Shown one piece after another: positions 38,641 to 56,885 of a stretch of DNA of 64,000 nucleotides. The notes below the pieces were generated by a model. That model searched no databases and was not told where the DNA came from. It saw nothing but the letters and a program-made list of their open reading frames with translations. Every line of letters starts with the position of its first letter. The first letter of the stretch is position 1. The position numbers and the translations under genes were made by a program. Origin of the DNA: Eledone cirrhosa (taxonomy: Eukaryota); assembly GCA_964016885.1 (NCBI GenBank), contig OZ024740.1:347324001-347388000 (forward strand), in the 5' to 3' direction.

Positions 38641-39089
38641 GGGTGACGGAACTAGCATTAGAAGGCACTATGTTTGGATTTCACCACTTTCTATTTATTA
38701 CAGTGATTACTTAAGAAATAGATTGATGAAATTCAAACATAGTGCCATCGGTTTTTTAATGTACCTGTGTGTGTTATCACTCAATGTGTGTCTGTGTATT
38801 TATATGTCTGGGTGTATAGGCGTATTCAAATGTCTGGATATATGATTGTGTGTGTGTGTGCGTATGTGATTACCATCAAAGATGTGTAGTAGTGTGAAAG
38901 AACTTGAAGACAAAAGTAATACTAAAACGACCTTGCCTGGAGGAAGGTAATTTCGCTACTAGAATTCTGGGGTATAATTCTACAACTCATTTTTTTTTTT
39001 ATATACACATATATACACCAGGTCCGAACACAAAATGACCAAACTCCCACAGTCACAGCCTTCGTCTCTCCCACTCTCCCCCATCCCTC

Positions 39090-39570
39090 AGTATTTTGAG
39101 CAAATGGGGATCCACGTGCCGACCGCCCCTTTGGCACGGCAGACAGAGTACAGAAAGCGTTTCCCCGGAGGGTGGTCAGGCAAACGCTCTGGAAGAGCCA
39201 TTCCAGCTCGCGAGGCTCACACCTGCGGATGGCCCACTCTTTGGTGACGGTGGTGAGCAGGGAGGTGGCCCGAGGGCCAAGGACACCAGAAGTCTTCACT
39301 TCCACGGGCTCGACTGCAAACCTGTCGGAGAGCGACCGATATTTGGAGAGTTTACCCTCCTCGGCCCGAAGGGCAGAAGAGGCTGGATTATTCGGGGTTT
39401 GCACCAGGTGGCCGCTGGAGAATGTGTCGCTGCATGTGGCAACCCAAATGAGGATTATACTACTGCGGAACTGAAAGATTATTATGTCGTCTGGCCATTT
39501 GCCATCCTGTCGGTCCAGCCCCACCGCCTCGCACAGGGGGGGGGGGGGACAGCTGGCAACATCTAAGCCA
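39090..39570 (-). mobile_element. CRE-like RLE non-LTR retrotransposon 3' fragment
   Basis: GLDRQDGKWPD..LIW.ATCSDT..AEEGKLSKY..PVEVKTSGVLG..FQSV..LRGNA resembles the CRE-clade RLE domain. Confidence 0.7.
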
Positions 39571-39683
39571 TGCGATATATATATACATATGTGTGTGTAG
39601 GCGAGTGTTTCTTTGAATGTGTAATGACGTGTGCGTGTGGGGGTGTATGTCAGTATGTCTGTCCCTATATATATATATGTGCG

Positions 39684-39716
<33 letters not shown>

Positions 39717-40420
39717 CTAGATGTGTGTGTTTCTCTATGTCTATTTGTGTGTATCATTGTGTGTAGGATACATCATGTTATACACTTGGACGGCTATGCT
39801 GCGAATAAAATACGTATCGGACATATTTGTTCTATTTTCCTACTCATGATCGCTTTGTTCTCTTTGATACTAAATTGAATGCCGCTATTTCGTCGACACT
39901 ACATTCCATATTATGAATGGTCTTGATATATATGTTCCAATTATTCTTCCAATTGTTCATTAATCTAGGTTTGATTCATTTGACAAATTTATTAATGATT
40001 ATTTTCTTACCCTAACGATTCAGCTAGTTGCTTTTGGAATATTTACTAAATCCAGGAAAATTTATTCTATTTTATATATAAACAGATGTATGGGAAATAT
40101 GAAATTAAGTTGAGGTTTTAAGCGCGAAGAGTTTAACAACACTTAAATGTTTTCAACGGGGAGTTCGTTTCCGATTAATGATTATAAACAGAGTCAGGCT
40201 GTATTCATTAGTAGTAGTAATATATATATATATATTATATATATATATATATCTTAAGGTTTGTTGGTTCACCACTGGATAGAACTGGTCATTCCGTATG
40301 GTCACTTTGAAGGCGGCTGGCTGTGAAGCTAGTTGGTCAGCCGCCTTCTCTGTCTCTGGTTTCTCGGACCCATGGTTTTTCGGACCCAAGGCTTTTTACA
40401 TATTCCTTTGTTATATTCCA

Positions 40421-40478
40421 ATACCTGATGATATCACCGGATTCATATGGAACCCGGTCATTGAAATGATCATAGTAT
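40421..40478 (+). ncRNA. type I hammerhead (family I, single arm about 40250-40527 between (TA)n tracts)
   Basis: atac CTGATGA ..accgg-attc-atatg-gaac-ccggt.. GAAA tgatca TA gtat. Confidence 0.75.
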
Positions 40479-40527
40479 AATAAACCTTTCAAGGATTTAC
40501 ACCAGTCCAGCCTCCTGTTACTTCATT

Positions 40528-43136
<2,609 letters not shown>

Positions 43137-43906
43137 GTGTGTGCGCGTGTGTATATGTCTATTTGCCTCTGTGTGTCTGCGTGACTGTATATGTTTGTGT
43201 GTGCATATGTATGTGCATGTGTATGTATTTATGTACATAAATATGTGAGTATATGTGCATGTATTTAATATTCAGTTATTAAGATTCCTACAATAATACT
43301 TCTGCTTTGTGTTTATGAAATTTGCCTGATGGTGTTGATATACTCCCGTTCGGTAGAGTAAAACTTTAGGCAGTATCTGACTGCTCTTTCTAGCAGCCAG
43401 CCTATCTGCCACCTGGCACATTCACAATCTTCTACTTTGACCACTAGCCACGTGATGATTCTTAGCCAATTTTTAATTCATTTCTGGTGGCGATCACTGT
43501 GTAAATTTTAGTCCAAACCTGAGGGTGTCTCTTGATAAGCTCTAAGCCTCATGGATAATACCATGATTGGATATATCCACAAAGTACGAGCGAAACTATC
43601 GATAGTCGGGACTTGAGGAATTTTGGTAAAGTTTTAATGCATTTTTTCTTCTAACTTATATTTTAGACTTAGCTACATTTAATTGATTATTTGTCTAGTT
43701 AATTTCTACGGGCTAAGAGGAAAGACTGGATAAATTTTATCTGACTGTTCCTCGTGGAGAATAGTATGTATCATTTGTCTATTATTTCTTCAAAGTTACA
43801 TTTTAAACTTATAGCTCTGTATAAGTGATTATTTATCTTGTTGATTCCTACGGACTAGGGTGAAGAAAGATTGAGTATATGTTATCTAATAATTCTTCAA
43901 ACTTGC

Positions 43907-43947
<41 letters not shown>

Positions 43948-44050
43948 AAAATTGAACGGGAACAAAACAGAGAGGGAGTACGAACAAAGGTTTATGGCGG
44001 GGGATGTATGACTGTAGCTTGTCTGAATGCTCAATGGAATCTAATATGAT

Positions 44051-44236
44051 TGTTTCTATTTTGGCACGAGGCCAGCAATTATCCCAGTCCATTACTGGTA
44101 CTTTATTTTATCAACCCCGTAAGGATGAAAAGCAAAGTTAACCTCGGCCGGATTTGAACTCAGATCATAAAGGGAGGTAACTCTATGCTTCAAAGCATGG
44201 CGCCCGGCCCTCTACCGATACTGCCAATCCACCTAT
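44051..44236 (-). mobile_element. tRNA-derived SINE, copy 3, with 16-bp target-site duplication
   Basis: TGGAATCTAATATGAT at 44035-44050 and 44237-44252. Confidence 0.9.
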
Positions 44237-44929
44237 TGGAATCTAATATGATGAAAGCCTACTATGAAAACAAGAACTTTCATCACCTGATCTCGTTGGA
44301 ATCATTACTTTTGTACTACATGGAGTTATAACTGTGTCATTGGCCCCAACACACACACGCACGCACGCACACACACACATACACACACACACAGATTTAT
44401 ACTTGCTTTGACTGTGCTAGAATTGATTGAGAAAAGTGAAAACAAAAATCGCATTAAGACAAGAAAGGAACCATTGAAATTATTTGCACATGTGTCAAAC
44501 ACTAGCAAACGGATATTCAAGGAAAAATATATATTATAATATAATGAATAACAATAGTTGAAATAGCTTCTCTGTGTGGTAAAACGTAGTACGCAGCTTT
44601 TCAATTACCATATATAACAATATATTATCTTTTTCAGGTATTTCAGCAGAATTGTTCAAATGCAAACCACTGTTTTTGGTCATTTTTGACAGTGGTTCTA
44701 TACATTAAATAAATAAATGAATAAATAAAATAGAAAAAGAAAACACTTGAAAGTATAACCATATATTCGTCACTTTATCATTCAATATTCAAAAACTTGT
44801 ATCGTATCATTCATGTTGTCATATATACTCCAGGGTTACGAATTTAACCAGCTTATCGTTTAAGTTTGATGTGAATGCTAAAAGGAAGGTGATTGTGCTA
44901 CGTTAGAAGTTGTGAATAAGATGGGGGGG

Positions 44930-45430
44930 GGGAGCCAGTGCATCTCATAGGGCTCCTTTTTGCGAATGACCATCTTCATACTGATCACAGTAAATAGGGT
45001 ACTCATTCGAGGGTCCTGGAGGTAAACGTCTTCACCGCAATGAGATTGATGATAAATCTATCAGAAAGTGGCCTATGCTTTCTCAATTTACGATCTTCCA
45101 CCTGCCAAACAAAGATCTCTGGGTCTGTTGTTGATTTTCCTCGGTTGAGAAGAAGAATGTAATACCACCCAGCCTTTTGCTATACTCTCGTTCTCTTTTT
45201 CCCTCACCCAATTCCAGCTGCGGTTGGAAATGAGCTGCATTCGAGTCAATTTTAACTATTGTAAGATTGTAAGACATGTCGTGAGAAGCGACATATGCTA
45301 TGGTGATATTACTGCGGATGAATTTCAGAAGCAGTTACCGTAGACTTGCAGCAGCATTTGTGTTCTTCACAGATTGGGAGACCAAGATTAAGAGAATCGC
45401 CAAGACGGAAGCATTCGCTGCCTTCTGGCC
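44930..45430 (-). mobile_element. highly decayed CRE-like non-LTR fragment (Cys motif + RLE)
   Basis: LNLGLPICEEHKCCCKSTV..CRFSRH..PQLE..RLGGIT resembles the CRE C-terminal region. Confidence 0.5.
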
Positions 45431-45931
45431 ACGAGCTAACTACTATAATATAGCGTTGTATGAGCACCCGATATATCTCATATTCATCAAATACCTTTTT
45501 CTCGTTGATACATTTCAGAAGAGCACTTAGGACACCCATAAAATGTTTCTAGATCAAACCAATATATTGATTCCAAGTGGTCGTACAAACTGCTACGAAT
45601 ATCAGCCATATTACCCAGAAGTCATACCACAATCTCTATACAAGGGACTGACATATTAGGTGTATGTCTACTTGATCACTGCTGACTTGGATCCCAACAG
45701 TAACAGAAATAATAACAATGAAAATTGGAATTTATAATAATTTTCGTTTACTTGCCAATGATTTCGATTCTCTTCATCTCTACCTTACTGTAAATAGATT
45801 TATATTCCATTTTCATTTTTTTTTTTTTTTATGGAATTTGGGGACATTTCTGTGTATTTCTTTCTATATTCTCATAACATTTTTGGCGCATATTTTCTTT
45901 ATTTATCACATTTGTTCCTTTTTAATCGTTA

Positions 45932-45990
<59 letters not shown>

Positions 45991-47347
45991 ATTTGTGTAT
46001 GTGTGCGTGTGTATGTATGTGTGTGTGGGTGTTTGTGTATGTCTGTATAATATTTATTATAAGTTGCGACTATCTAGAAACGTTGCCGTTACTACTGCCT
46101 TCTCAAAACAATCATGTTTCGTAAAGCCAATAGTGTTAGTGCAACGTTGAAGTAAACTCTCTTTGTAAAAATAAATATATTATTTCGACTCTACAAACCA
46201 CATTTCAGCCATTTTGCACAAACCTATAGTCTATGTAGAAGATTTAGTTCTCAGTTCCACCCAATACTCTCAAAGTTATTTTTTAAAATGACACAAATAT
46301 TACAAGCTTTTCATGGTACAACACTTATACAGGATTCGATATGTCTTCTGATATTACAATGCTATATAGTACCTCGTTAAATCCCACTTCAAGCGAACTA
46401 TTTGGTTGGTTGACTCCAATAACAAAATAAATATTTGGTGACACGTCAGAAGCCGTCGAAACTTTTGGATGGGACGCAAGCACCTTACTGTTCGTAGTCT
46501 ACCGTAATACATGCAACATTTTTACGTTTTTAGTGACTGTAACATTGTCAAATCAGGTGGTGTTTTAATCAATGGTGGTGTTTTATACAGCTCAGATAAT
46601 GTTTACTATATCTATCAAATTCTGACACGTTATTTTACATTATACCTCCCTAAAAGAACACCTTGTTTTCTATTATTTTACATAGGCCAAATGGACATGT
46701 GTATATCTACTTCTTTATCTGAAACTTTATGTGTATGTGTGTGTAACCACACCACACCACATCCAAGTGCGTACGTAGGTGACATTTTCGTTTCAGATTT
46801 ATTTGTGTCCTTGTTTGTTTTTTAACATATACTTTATCTAAAATATTTTTTATTTCTTTATTATTATGTGTGTCCTTGTTTGTTTTTTTTAATACATACT
46901 TTATCTAAAATATTTTTATTTCTTTATTATTTTGTACACTTTTTGTTCTTCTTTTTGAAAAAAAACAACAAATCCTAACACACAGAAAGAAAGAAAAAAT
47001 TACAATTTCTCTAAGATGAAAACAATGATAGCTGGGAAACATTTTCGTCAACGCAATGAGATTTTGTTTTCTCATTTTCATATAAATGTAATATCGATCG
47101 CATTATCAGGATTGAATATAATCATTTTTTCCCCTAAGGGAGAGGAAAAATTTCTAGTAATATGTGAAAGAAGACAACTGACTTGTATTCACCAATTTAT
47201 AAGCTATTTTTTCTTGGCTTTCGGTCTTTATCATAACTAGAATCTTCGCCATTCATTAATGTTAAACAAAGTATATCTTCTTTTTTTTTGGGGGGGGGGG
47301 GGGGGTTATATTATTTTCTATCTCTCATCCTTCTTTACTTGTATTTA

Positions 47348-47396
<49 letters not shown>

Positions 47397-47543
47397 GATA
47401 ATAATATCATCATTATTATTGATGTTATGTAACTCATTTTATATATGTATTTTTACAATTTCCAAAGATTGACCTCCAATACACTGCCTCGTTCTTTCAT
47501 TCTTCCGTCAGTCTCCATACACTACTTGTCTCTTTACCGCAGC

Positions 47544-47643
<100 letters not shown>

Positions 47644-47789
47644 TACACATAAATACATACACACATACATATATACATAGATACATACACAATATATGTC
47701 TTGCCCTCTTTTCTCTTATCTTCATTCGTTATCTTCATTCATTTGTCTTCTTTTAACATTAACTCTTAATCCAAACTGTTTTGTCTACG

Positions 47790-47845
<56 letters not shown>

Positions 47846-47861
47846 ATATATATATATATAT

Positions 47862-48066
47862 ATAAGTTTTAATATAGATGAGATTCTACAGGACTAGAAC
47901 TGTTTCATTCTTTAGAAATCCTCAGGAATTCAGAGATTCCTGATGATTTCTAAAGAATGAAACAGTTCTAGTCCTGTAGAATCTCATCTATATTAAAACT
48001 TTTATACTCTGCAATCTATTGAGTACCTTACTTACTGTGGTTACCTCCGATTCAACCCGGAATAAC

Positions 48067-48068
<2 letters not shown>
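47862..48068 (+). mobile_element. fold-back element with two complete head-to-head hammerheads
   Basis: arms 47864-47929 and 47936-48001, 3' tail to 48068, (TA)n flanks. Confidence 0.85.
47933..47985 (+). ncRNA. type I hammerhead (mirror copy 47880-47929 on minus, core CTGAGGA)
   Basis: gagattc CTGATGA t-ttc-taaa-gaa-t GAAA cag-ttctagtc-ctg TA gaatctc; predicted cut after A47978. Confidence 0.8.
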
Positions 48069-48129
<61 letters not shown>

Positions 48130-48131
<2 letters not shown>

Positions 48132-48584
48132 AAAGTTTTATTTAAATTGTTGGGATACAACAAGCAAATATTTTTATAACTGATATAAAGCACTCGACAA
48201 ATATTTGGAGTAGATATACGATATTAATAAATGGAAACTATATTTATAAAACCATATTTATTTCATTATATATATTTCAAGGATACCAAGTTACATTATG
48301 GTATGCCTTCATCAGACAAAATACAATAGATAACAGTTTTATAAATAGACATTGACGTACCCCTTTAAAAATTGACCGTTGTTTTTGGAGGCCATCAGGA
48401 TAGCCTGATGGCCTCCAAAAACAACGGTCAATTTTTAAAGGGGTACGTCAATGTTTATTTATAAAACTGTTATATATTGTATTTTGTCTGATGAAGGCAT
48501 ACCATAATGTAACTTGGTATCCTTGAAATATATATAATGAAATAAATATGGTTTTATAAATATAGTTTCCATTTATTAATATCG

Positions 48585-48585
<1 letters not shown>
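48130..48585 (-). mobile_element. fold-back element family G, copy 2, with HHRs at about 48259-48321 (-) and 48481-48543 (+)
   Basis: arms about 48219-48400 and 48404-48584; attttgt CTGATGA aggcatacca..tggtatcctt GAAA tatata TA atgaaat. Confidence 0.85.
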
Positions 48586-48616
<31 letters not shown>

Positions 48617-49287
48617 TGGGGGGGGGGGGGGTATCTAAGTATACATTGTAGTATACATAAGTACACTACAATGCTTATCAAGAATATGTCAGAAACCAAT
48701 AGATATATATGGAGTTTGAAACTTACAATAGTCCCTTATATATTATAAGGCTCGGAACATTTTTTTTTCCTTGAGCTATTTTAATTATAAGGGACTATTG
48801 TGGGGTTTTAACTCAATATACACTTTTGATAAACTCAGCTCCTAGAATTTTGTCGAGCTTTTTACATGTCGAGTGAATCTGGCTGCTATTTTTAGTAACC
48901 TACGTTTTACGAGACACGCTAGGCACTGAATACCATGTGCGTTTTTTTCTCTCTTAAAACACGCGCTTCATTAGAGTCTTCTAAGAAATTTAGTAGTGAA
49001 GGTTTTACTAATCTGTACATCCACTGAAGAGCAATCGGATTTGTAACTCTTTCCAATTTGTTGCGAACCAGTTCTACCAAAGGCTGTCTGGGTGTTGATA
49101 GTTATCATGATTCGGTTTGTAATATGTCTTAATATATCCTTTTAATTGGGTCTAGCAAACCGTATTGTTCATAGTTAGTATCTTATTCACCCTAGCGATT
49201 TAGTTCCCTTATGATTTGAACGTATATATGTATATATCTGTGTTTGTCTCTCTTTATTATATTAAATTATATATATATATACATGAA

Positions 49288-49335
<48 letters not shown>

Positions 49336-49564
49336 CAAGATTTCGTTGTCTTACAAAGACTTGGGAAATTTGAAATTATCCAACTCATGAAAAAGGAAAG
49401 ATTGAATAGTCGGTGGGAACTGAACTTCCCTTCTCTTGTATACATGGCATACGAGAGTGGTTTGGTTGATTTTCCACAGTCGTGGCTACTTTACCGTATT
49501 TATTCAACTATTCTTTTACTTTATCTACCTTATGCCGATTAGATTTTCAACAAATTACGTATAC

Positions 49565-49650
<86 letters not shown>

Positions 49651-49932
49651 CTATATATAATAAGGGTTGACGGACCCAGCATATTTATCAATGCCAGTAC
49701 CGGTTGTATCTCAGCGCACTCAATGGGCATTGAAAGATACATTACCAGAGTATACACATAGTTATTTGCCTCAACACAACACACGTAAAACGGGTACCTA
49801 TAAGGTTCCCGGACTCGAGTTTCTGCCGCACTAATGAAGCAGTAAGGTGCACTGCACCATCTGTCTGCATATATTATGCAACAATGCACAATATATATAT
49901 ATATATATTTATTTATTTATTTATTTATTTAT

Positions 49933-50152
49933 TTATTAAAATATCAAATTAAAGTTTAAGGAAAGAATCACTGCTTTCCCCCTTAACAGGATATTCTGAA
50001 ACTGTTTCAGAATTTCCCGTTAAGGGTGAAAGCAGCGATTCTTTGCTTAAATTTTAATCTGTTATTTTAATAAATATTTTCTCTACGGTTTTTATATATA
50101 TATATATTATCCAGCCCGCTTCGAATTTTAGACTTCACATTTTTATCATTAC

Positions 50153-50155
<3 letters not shown>
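49933..50155 (+). mobile_element. fold-back element family D, copy 2 (cores mutated); further inverted piece at 50898-50990
   Basis: homologous to 17154-17400. Confidence 0.75.
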
Positions 50156-50221
<66 letters not shown>

Positions 50222-50226
<5 letters not shown>

Positions 50227-50840
50227 GCGAGACCTTCAAGATAGTAAAGAATCATCTGTACTCTACCAACATGCAAAATAGAACATAAGGGTAAATTAGA
50301 GAACATAGAAATAAAAATAGAATCTACACACAGAAAAGACGCAATGTTTAGACAAATCACAGAGGCAATAAACATAAATGAATTACAACCAAAATTAAAT
50401 AGAAAACATGAGTGGAACAGCAATATCACAACTTACAATTAAGGACAAAATGAAAACACACACGCACATAGAACAAACAACCAACCAGTAACATGTACAT
50501 AAACAAATAAATAAACGAATATAAACACACACAGACACCCGGATGTAACACATGCGCAAACTCAGCACACAACACACACACAAAAACAAGATGGTGCAGG
50601 ACAGAACAGAACAAAGGAGAGGCACAAAAAACAAAGAAAAGAACCCCCAGTCACTGAAGAGGTCACAGAATGTGTGACGAAAGAACTTTGACAATATATA
50701 AACAACCATCTGGTTGTGGAACCAACCAACCAACCGGAAATTTATAAATTCCTAAATTTATAAATTTATTATAATAAATTGAAGTGAAAGCAACTGGTGC
50801 GTGTGTTTATTATTGGCAACATGACCCTCCCAAAGTATAA

Positions 50841-50845
<5 letters not shown>
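50222..50845 (+). mobile_element. PLE family A 3' end: GIY-YIG C-terminus + 3' UTR + HHR (50650-50692)
   Basis: manual translation SSVLYQH...IKIESTHRKDAMFRQITEAININELQPKLNRKHEW; gtca CTGAAGA g gtcaca-gaatg-tgtgac GAAA gaac TT tgac. Confidence 0.8.
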
Positions 50846-50902
<57 letters not shown>

Positions 50903-51008
50903 ATGATAAAAATGTGAAGTCTAAAATTCGAAGCGGGCTGGATAATGATTATATATATAAATATATATAAAAACCGTAGAGCAAATATATATATATATAT
51001 ATATATAT

Positions 51009-51287
51009 CTCACAGAAAAAAAGAGAATCAGTGTTACGACGAATGGAATTTATTGGATATATTACAATTGTTTCTCTGGCGACGATTTTCAGAGTCAGGT
51101 TCGATCATCACATCGATTGTGCCTCGAGCTGGTCGCCAGAGAAACGATTGTAATATGTCCAATAAATTCCATTCTTCGCAACACTGATTCTCTTTATTTC
51201 TGTGATATCATACTCTGCGCTATGAGAGCATCGAGTGCTCATACGGCCTACTGCATACGGGCGCTTTAAGCATCCAACACCAATTAC
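51009..51287 (+). mobile_element. fold-back element family F with HHR 3' halves only
   Basis: arms about 51009-51083 and 51132-51205; GAAA c(a/g)attg TA on both strands; 3' tail to 51287. Confidence 0.7.
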
Positions 51288-51377
<90 letters not shown>

Positions 51378-52467
51378 GTGTGTAAGTATGTATATGTGTA
51401 TGTATGTACCTATGTGTATAGTAATATAAATGACAAATTTCATTTTCACCATGTGAGTTGCAAGGTGATTTTATGCTCATTAGATCTTGATTGTAATTCT
51501 TTTAAGGTTGGGCACACTGCCGTAATGAACATTATATGTTATTCCTCCTGGCAGGAAGGGGAAAATATTGTCCTTTCTTCCCACGAGTAGAATCTTCTAA
51601 TATATCAATTTGTTTCTATTTATTGTAATTCATGGGCTAACATAGTACCGTTGGGGTGAGATGGTGTTATTTAAGATTAGTAATTAATTCCCCTAAGTAT
51701 ATATTTAGTAATCTGAAAGCAAGTAAATATTGTTGAAATTATGTAAATCATGTAAATCAAGTAAATGATTTTGAAAAAATTACATGTGTGTGGACGTTTG
51801 TTTCTTTGTGTGTGTGTGTGTATAAGAGTGAAGGGAGAGAGTATTTGGGTGGGTGGAGTTTTGCCCACCATAAATAATAGAAAATAGTAAAAAATAGAAT
51901 TAGCCATGAATATTGTAGACAATTATAATTGTATTATTATATTTCTGTATAATATTATATTTTCTTGTATAAACGTTAAATTGAATCTATATATGAAGCA
52001 AGCAGATCGAATTTTGAAGTTTCTTTCTGTCTTTCCAACTCATTGAATAAGGTATATGACTATTCTTTTAGCTTAGTTAGTAAGAAAGTATACGGCCTAT
52101 TTATGTTATTTTCTATGGCGCGAAAACCTGCAGATTATTCCAACTGAGATCAAATCCCATTGAAGCCAATTTTGGTTTCATTCTTTCAAGACCGGTTCAT
52201 TTCTTACCGGTTCATGCCGATATTTGACGGAATTGTCAGTGTCAGAAGATTTCAAATTCAAATATGTCAATTTAGAGTGTAGTACTTCACTATTCTTTTT
52301 GGGGAGGGGGTGGGGTAAGTTGTGATAAGCTCGATGCACTCTCCCAACATCTGTCGTTCTGGAGTAAAAATAGTGGAGATAATTGTTAACTAATAAATGT
52401 ATGTGAACTTCTAGTCGTATTGACTTTCTTACAATTTTGTATATGTATATATATATATATATATATA

Positions 52468-53830
<1,363 letters not shown>

Positions 53831-53884
53831 TATATATATATACAATATATTAATAAATGGAAACTATATTTATAAAACCATATT

Positions 53885-53950
53885 TATTTTATTATACATA
53901 TTTCAAGGGCAACCAAGGCAAATTATGGTGCGCTTTCATCAGATAAAATA
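53885..53950 (-). ncRNA. type I hammerhead (family G) in the PLE 3' pseudo-LTR
   Basis: tattttat CTGATGA aagcgcacca..tggttgccctt GAAA tatgta TA ataaaata; 8-bp stem I. Confidence 0.75.
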
Positions 53951-55799
53951 CAGATTTGTTTTATAAATAAATATTGACATACCCGGATAAAAAGACAACC
54001 TTAACGGTTGGAGCTTCCTGGATAGTGGAGATAATACATTTATTGAGGGTGATTCAAAATTATGAGTGAGTATGCAAATGAGTGTCCGAAATGTTGCAAA
54101 GATAACGGTTTATTTAAATTAAACTGTTGGAAGAAGATGATATGTAAGGGAGAGAGAGAAAAATAGAAAAAATAAAAAAAAAATAAAGGAGAAAGATAGA
54201 AGAGGAAAGAAAAGGAAATAAAAAACGATTATATATATTGATAGTGAAAATAGAGTGCATGAAGGAATAAATATAAACAGCGTAAATATATCTAAATGAG
54301 AGAAGAAATGAGAATAGCGTGGAAGAATAATATTTATAATGCAGGATTCATTACGTTTTGATTATAATACTTATAATGATAGGTTGAAAAATTAGATTAA
54401 AATTAAATTAAAATTAAAAATTAGAAATCAAAATTAAAGATTAAAATTTACCTTAATATAAAAGATTTAATTTAATAATTTAATATTAATAGTTAGTTTA
54501 ACATTTTTTTATCTTAAGAATATAATTAAACCATGAACCATATGTTATTTTATACGAAGTCATAAATTTACTTGCTATAAAGTTAAAACATTAACATTAA
54601 AATTAAAACATTAAAACATTTATCTTAAGAATATATTTAAAGCATAAACCATAGGTTATTCCACATATATATAAAAAACCTATATATAAAAATCATATGT
54701 TTTTCCACATATATATAAACATTTGGATATTATATTAAAAACGTTTGGAGATATAAAAAATATAAAAATATAAATATAGACAGTGTAAGTATATCTAAAT
54801 GAGAGAAGAAATGAGAATAGCGTGGAAGAATAATATGTATAATGCAGGATTCATTACGTTTTGATTATAATACTTATAATGATAGGTTGAAAAATTAGAT
54901 TAAAAATTAGAAATCAAAATTAAAGATTAAAATTTACCTTAATATTAAAGATTTAATTTAATAATTTAATATTAATAGTTAGTTTAAATGTTAAGGATTA
55001 TAAATTAATTAAATAAATATATAGTATTTTACATTAGAGCAAAACTAGTATAGTTTATTTTATTAAATGTTGTAAGTCAAAATTTAAACATGCAGATAAT
55101 TCTAAATTTATGAAAAATTTACGAGAGTTTACAAAAGAATAACCACTTAGTTATATTATAAAAATAACCACTTAGTTATATTATAAAGGAGGTGTAAAGG
55201 AAGTTAGAAGCGATGTTTTAAGAACTCAGATGACTCTAAGGATTAAATGTTATAAAGTTAAAAAGTTAAGAAAATTTTATCTTAAGAATATAATTAAAAC
55301 ATGAACCAAATGTTATTTTATACGAAGTCATAAATTTACTTGCTATAGAGTTAAAACATTAACATTAAAATTAAAACATTAAACAAATTTATCTTAAGAA
55401 TATATTTAAAGCATAAACCATAGATTATTCCACATATATATTAAAAAAAACTATATATAAAAATCATATGTTTTTCCACATATATATAAACATTTGGATA
55501 TATATATTAAAAACGTTTGGAGATATAAAATATATAAAAATATAAAAATATTGGAAGGTATGAAAATAATGGTTTTTCTATATCTTTCAAAGGAATTTTC
55601 AAAAGATTTTTCCTAAAACCTTCCGTAAGTTTTTCAAGAAAAATTTTTTTCTTAAAAGAGTTTCAAGCAGTCATATAAATTTTTTTTATAATCTATCGAT
55701 AGGTGTAATAATATAAAGTATATAGTATATATATGTGAAGTAGAGATATGAATCATATATAGATATAGAAGACATTATGTAAAAGAGATAAATCATATA

Positions 55800-56885
55800 T
55801 TACATTTTATATATATATTTAAAAGTTGAGTTTAAACGATGTTTGCAGGAACTGAAAAAGTTATTTCGTAAATTAATAGAGTTTTTACTTTTTAGTATAA
55901 AAAGAGAACAATTTTGGGATAAAGCAGTGTATGAAGGAGCTTTGGAAATAATTTTCCAAAGTAAAGAATAGTTAATAATATTCTTGGATTTCAGGTCCCA
56001 TAATAAGTTAAGATAGAGAAGTTGAAGATTTTTTGCCAATATTCGTAAAGGAACATTTATGGTTATTAAAACGAGATTTGAAATCTGTGGAAGTAGAGCC
56101 GACATAGTTAAAGGAGTTTTCATTTGTTTTGACATTACAATTGTATACTATATTTTTAACTAAACAATTATTATTTAGAGGACAGTTAGATTTATTTCTA
56201 CAATTACATTTATCTAAATTTATATTATTGGGAGCCGTAACATTATATTGGATATTGCTAGGGGTATTAATGCTATTCTGGTTAGGTTTTAAGTTTCTAT
56301 TATTAATTTTATTAATATTCTGCGCTAAATTCATCGTGGTGGAATATGCGAGTTTAATAGTATGTCTATTACAGATTGGATAATACCTATTTGTATTAGG
56401 AAAGCACCTATCTAGAGCTTTAAAGAATAATTTAGCAATAGGAGTTTTAATACTTAATGAGAAAGGGGGCACGAACCATAATATATTTCTAGTTCTATTT
56501 TTTCTTTTGGTTTTCGAGTTAGTGTAAGGTTTTCTATTATAATTATATTTATTGTCAATGTATTTAATTCTATTACTATAGCCTGCTCTACCTAACGCTT
56601 CGTTATAATATTGTGCCTTACTTCAAATATATTTTTATTCGTTGAAATTCTAGAAATACGTTGCTGCACAGAATTTACAATAGTGTTTTTAACGGATCTG
56701 GGGTGATTGGAATTAAAGTTAACATAGTTTAAATTCTCGTTTAATTTATGAAATGGATAATAAAGACCAGTGTTAAGGTTTAAAGTTACATCTAAAAAAT
56801 TAACTATTTTATAATTATTCTCTACTTCTACTTTAAGATTAACGTTATTAAAAAGTTGTATAATTTCTTTTCTTTTCCTATTTAT
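55800..56885 (-). pseudogene. PLE RT C-terminus + GIY-YIG, frameshifted
   Basis: ORFs 56592-57005 (part), 56008-56472 and 55800-56135 (part) are collinear with 22917-24191. Confidence 0.85.

Noticed and set aside
48705-48820. Small imperfect hairpin (also one at 38664-38748) as further ribozyme elements
   Set aside because: The inverted repeats are real but no hammerhead core can be assigned; left unclassified.
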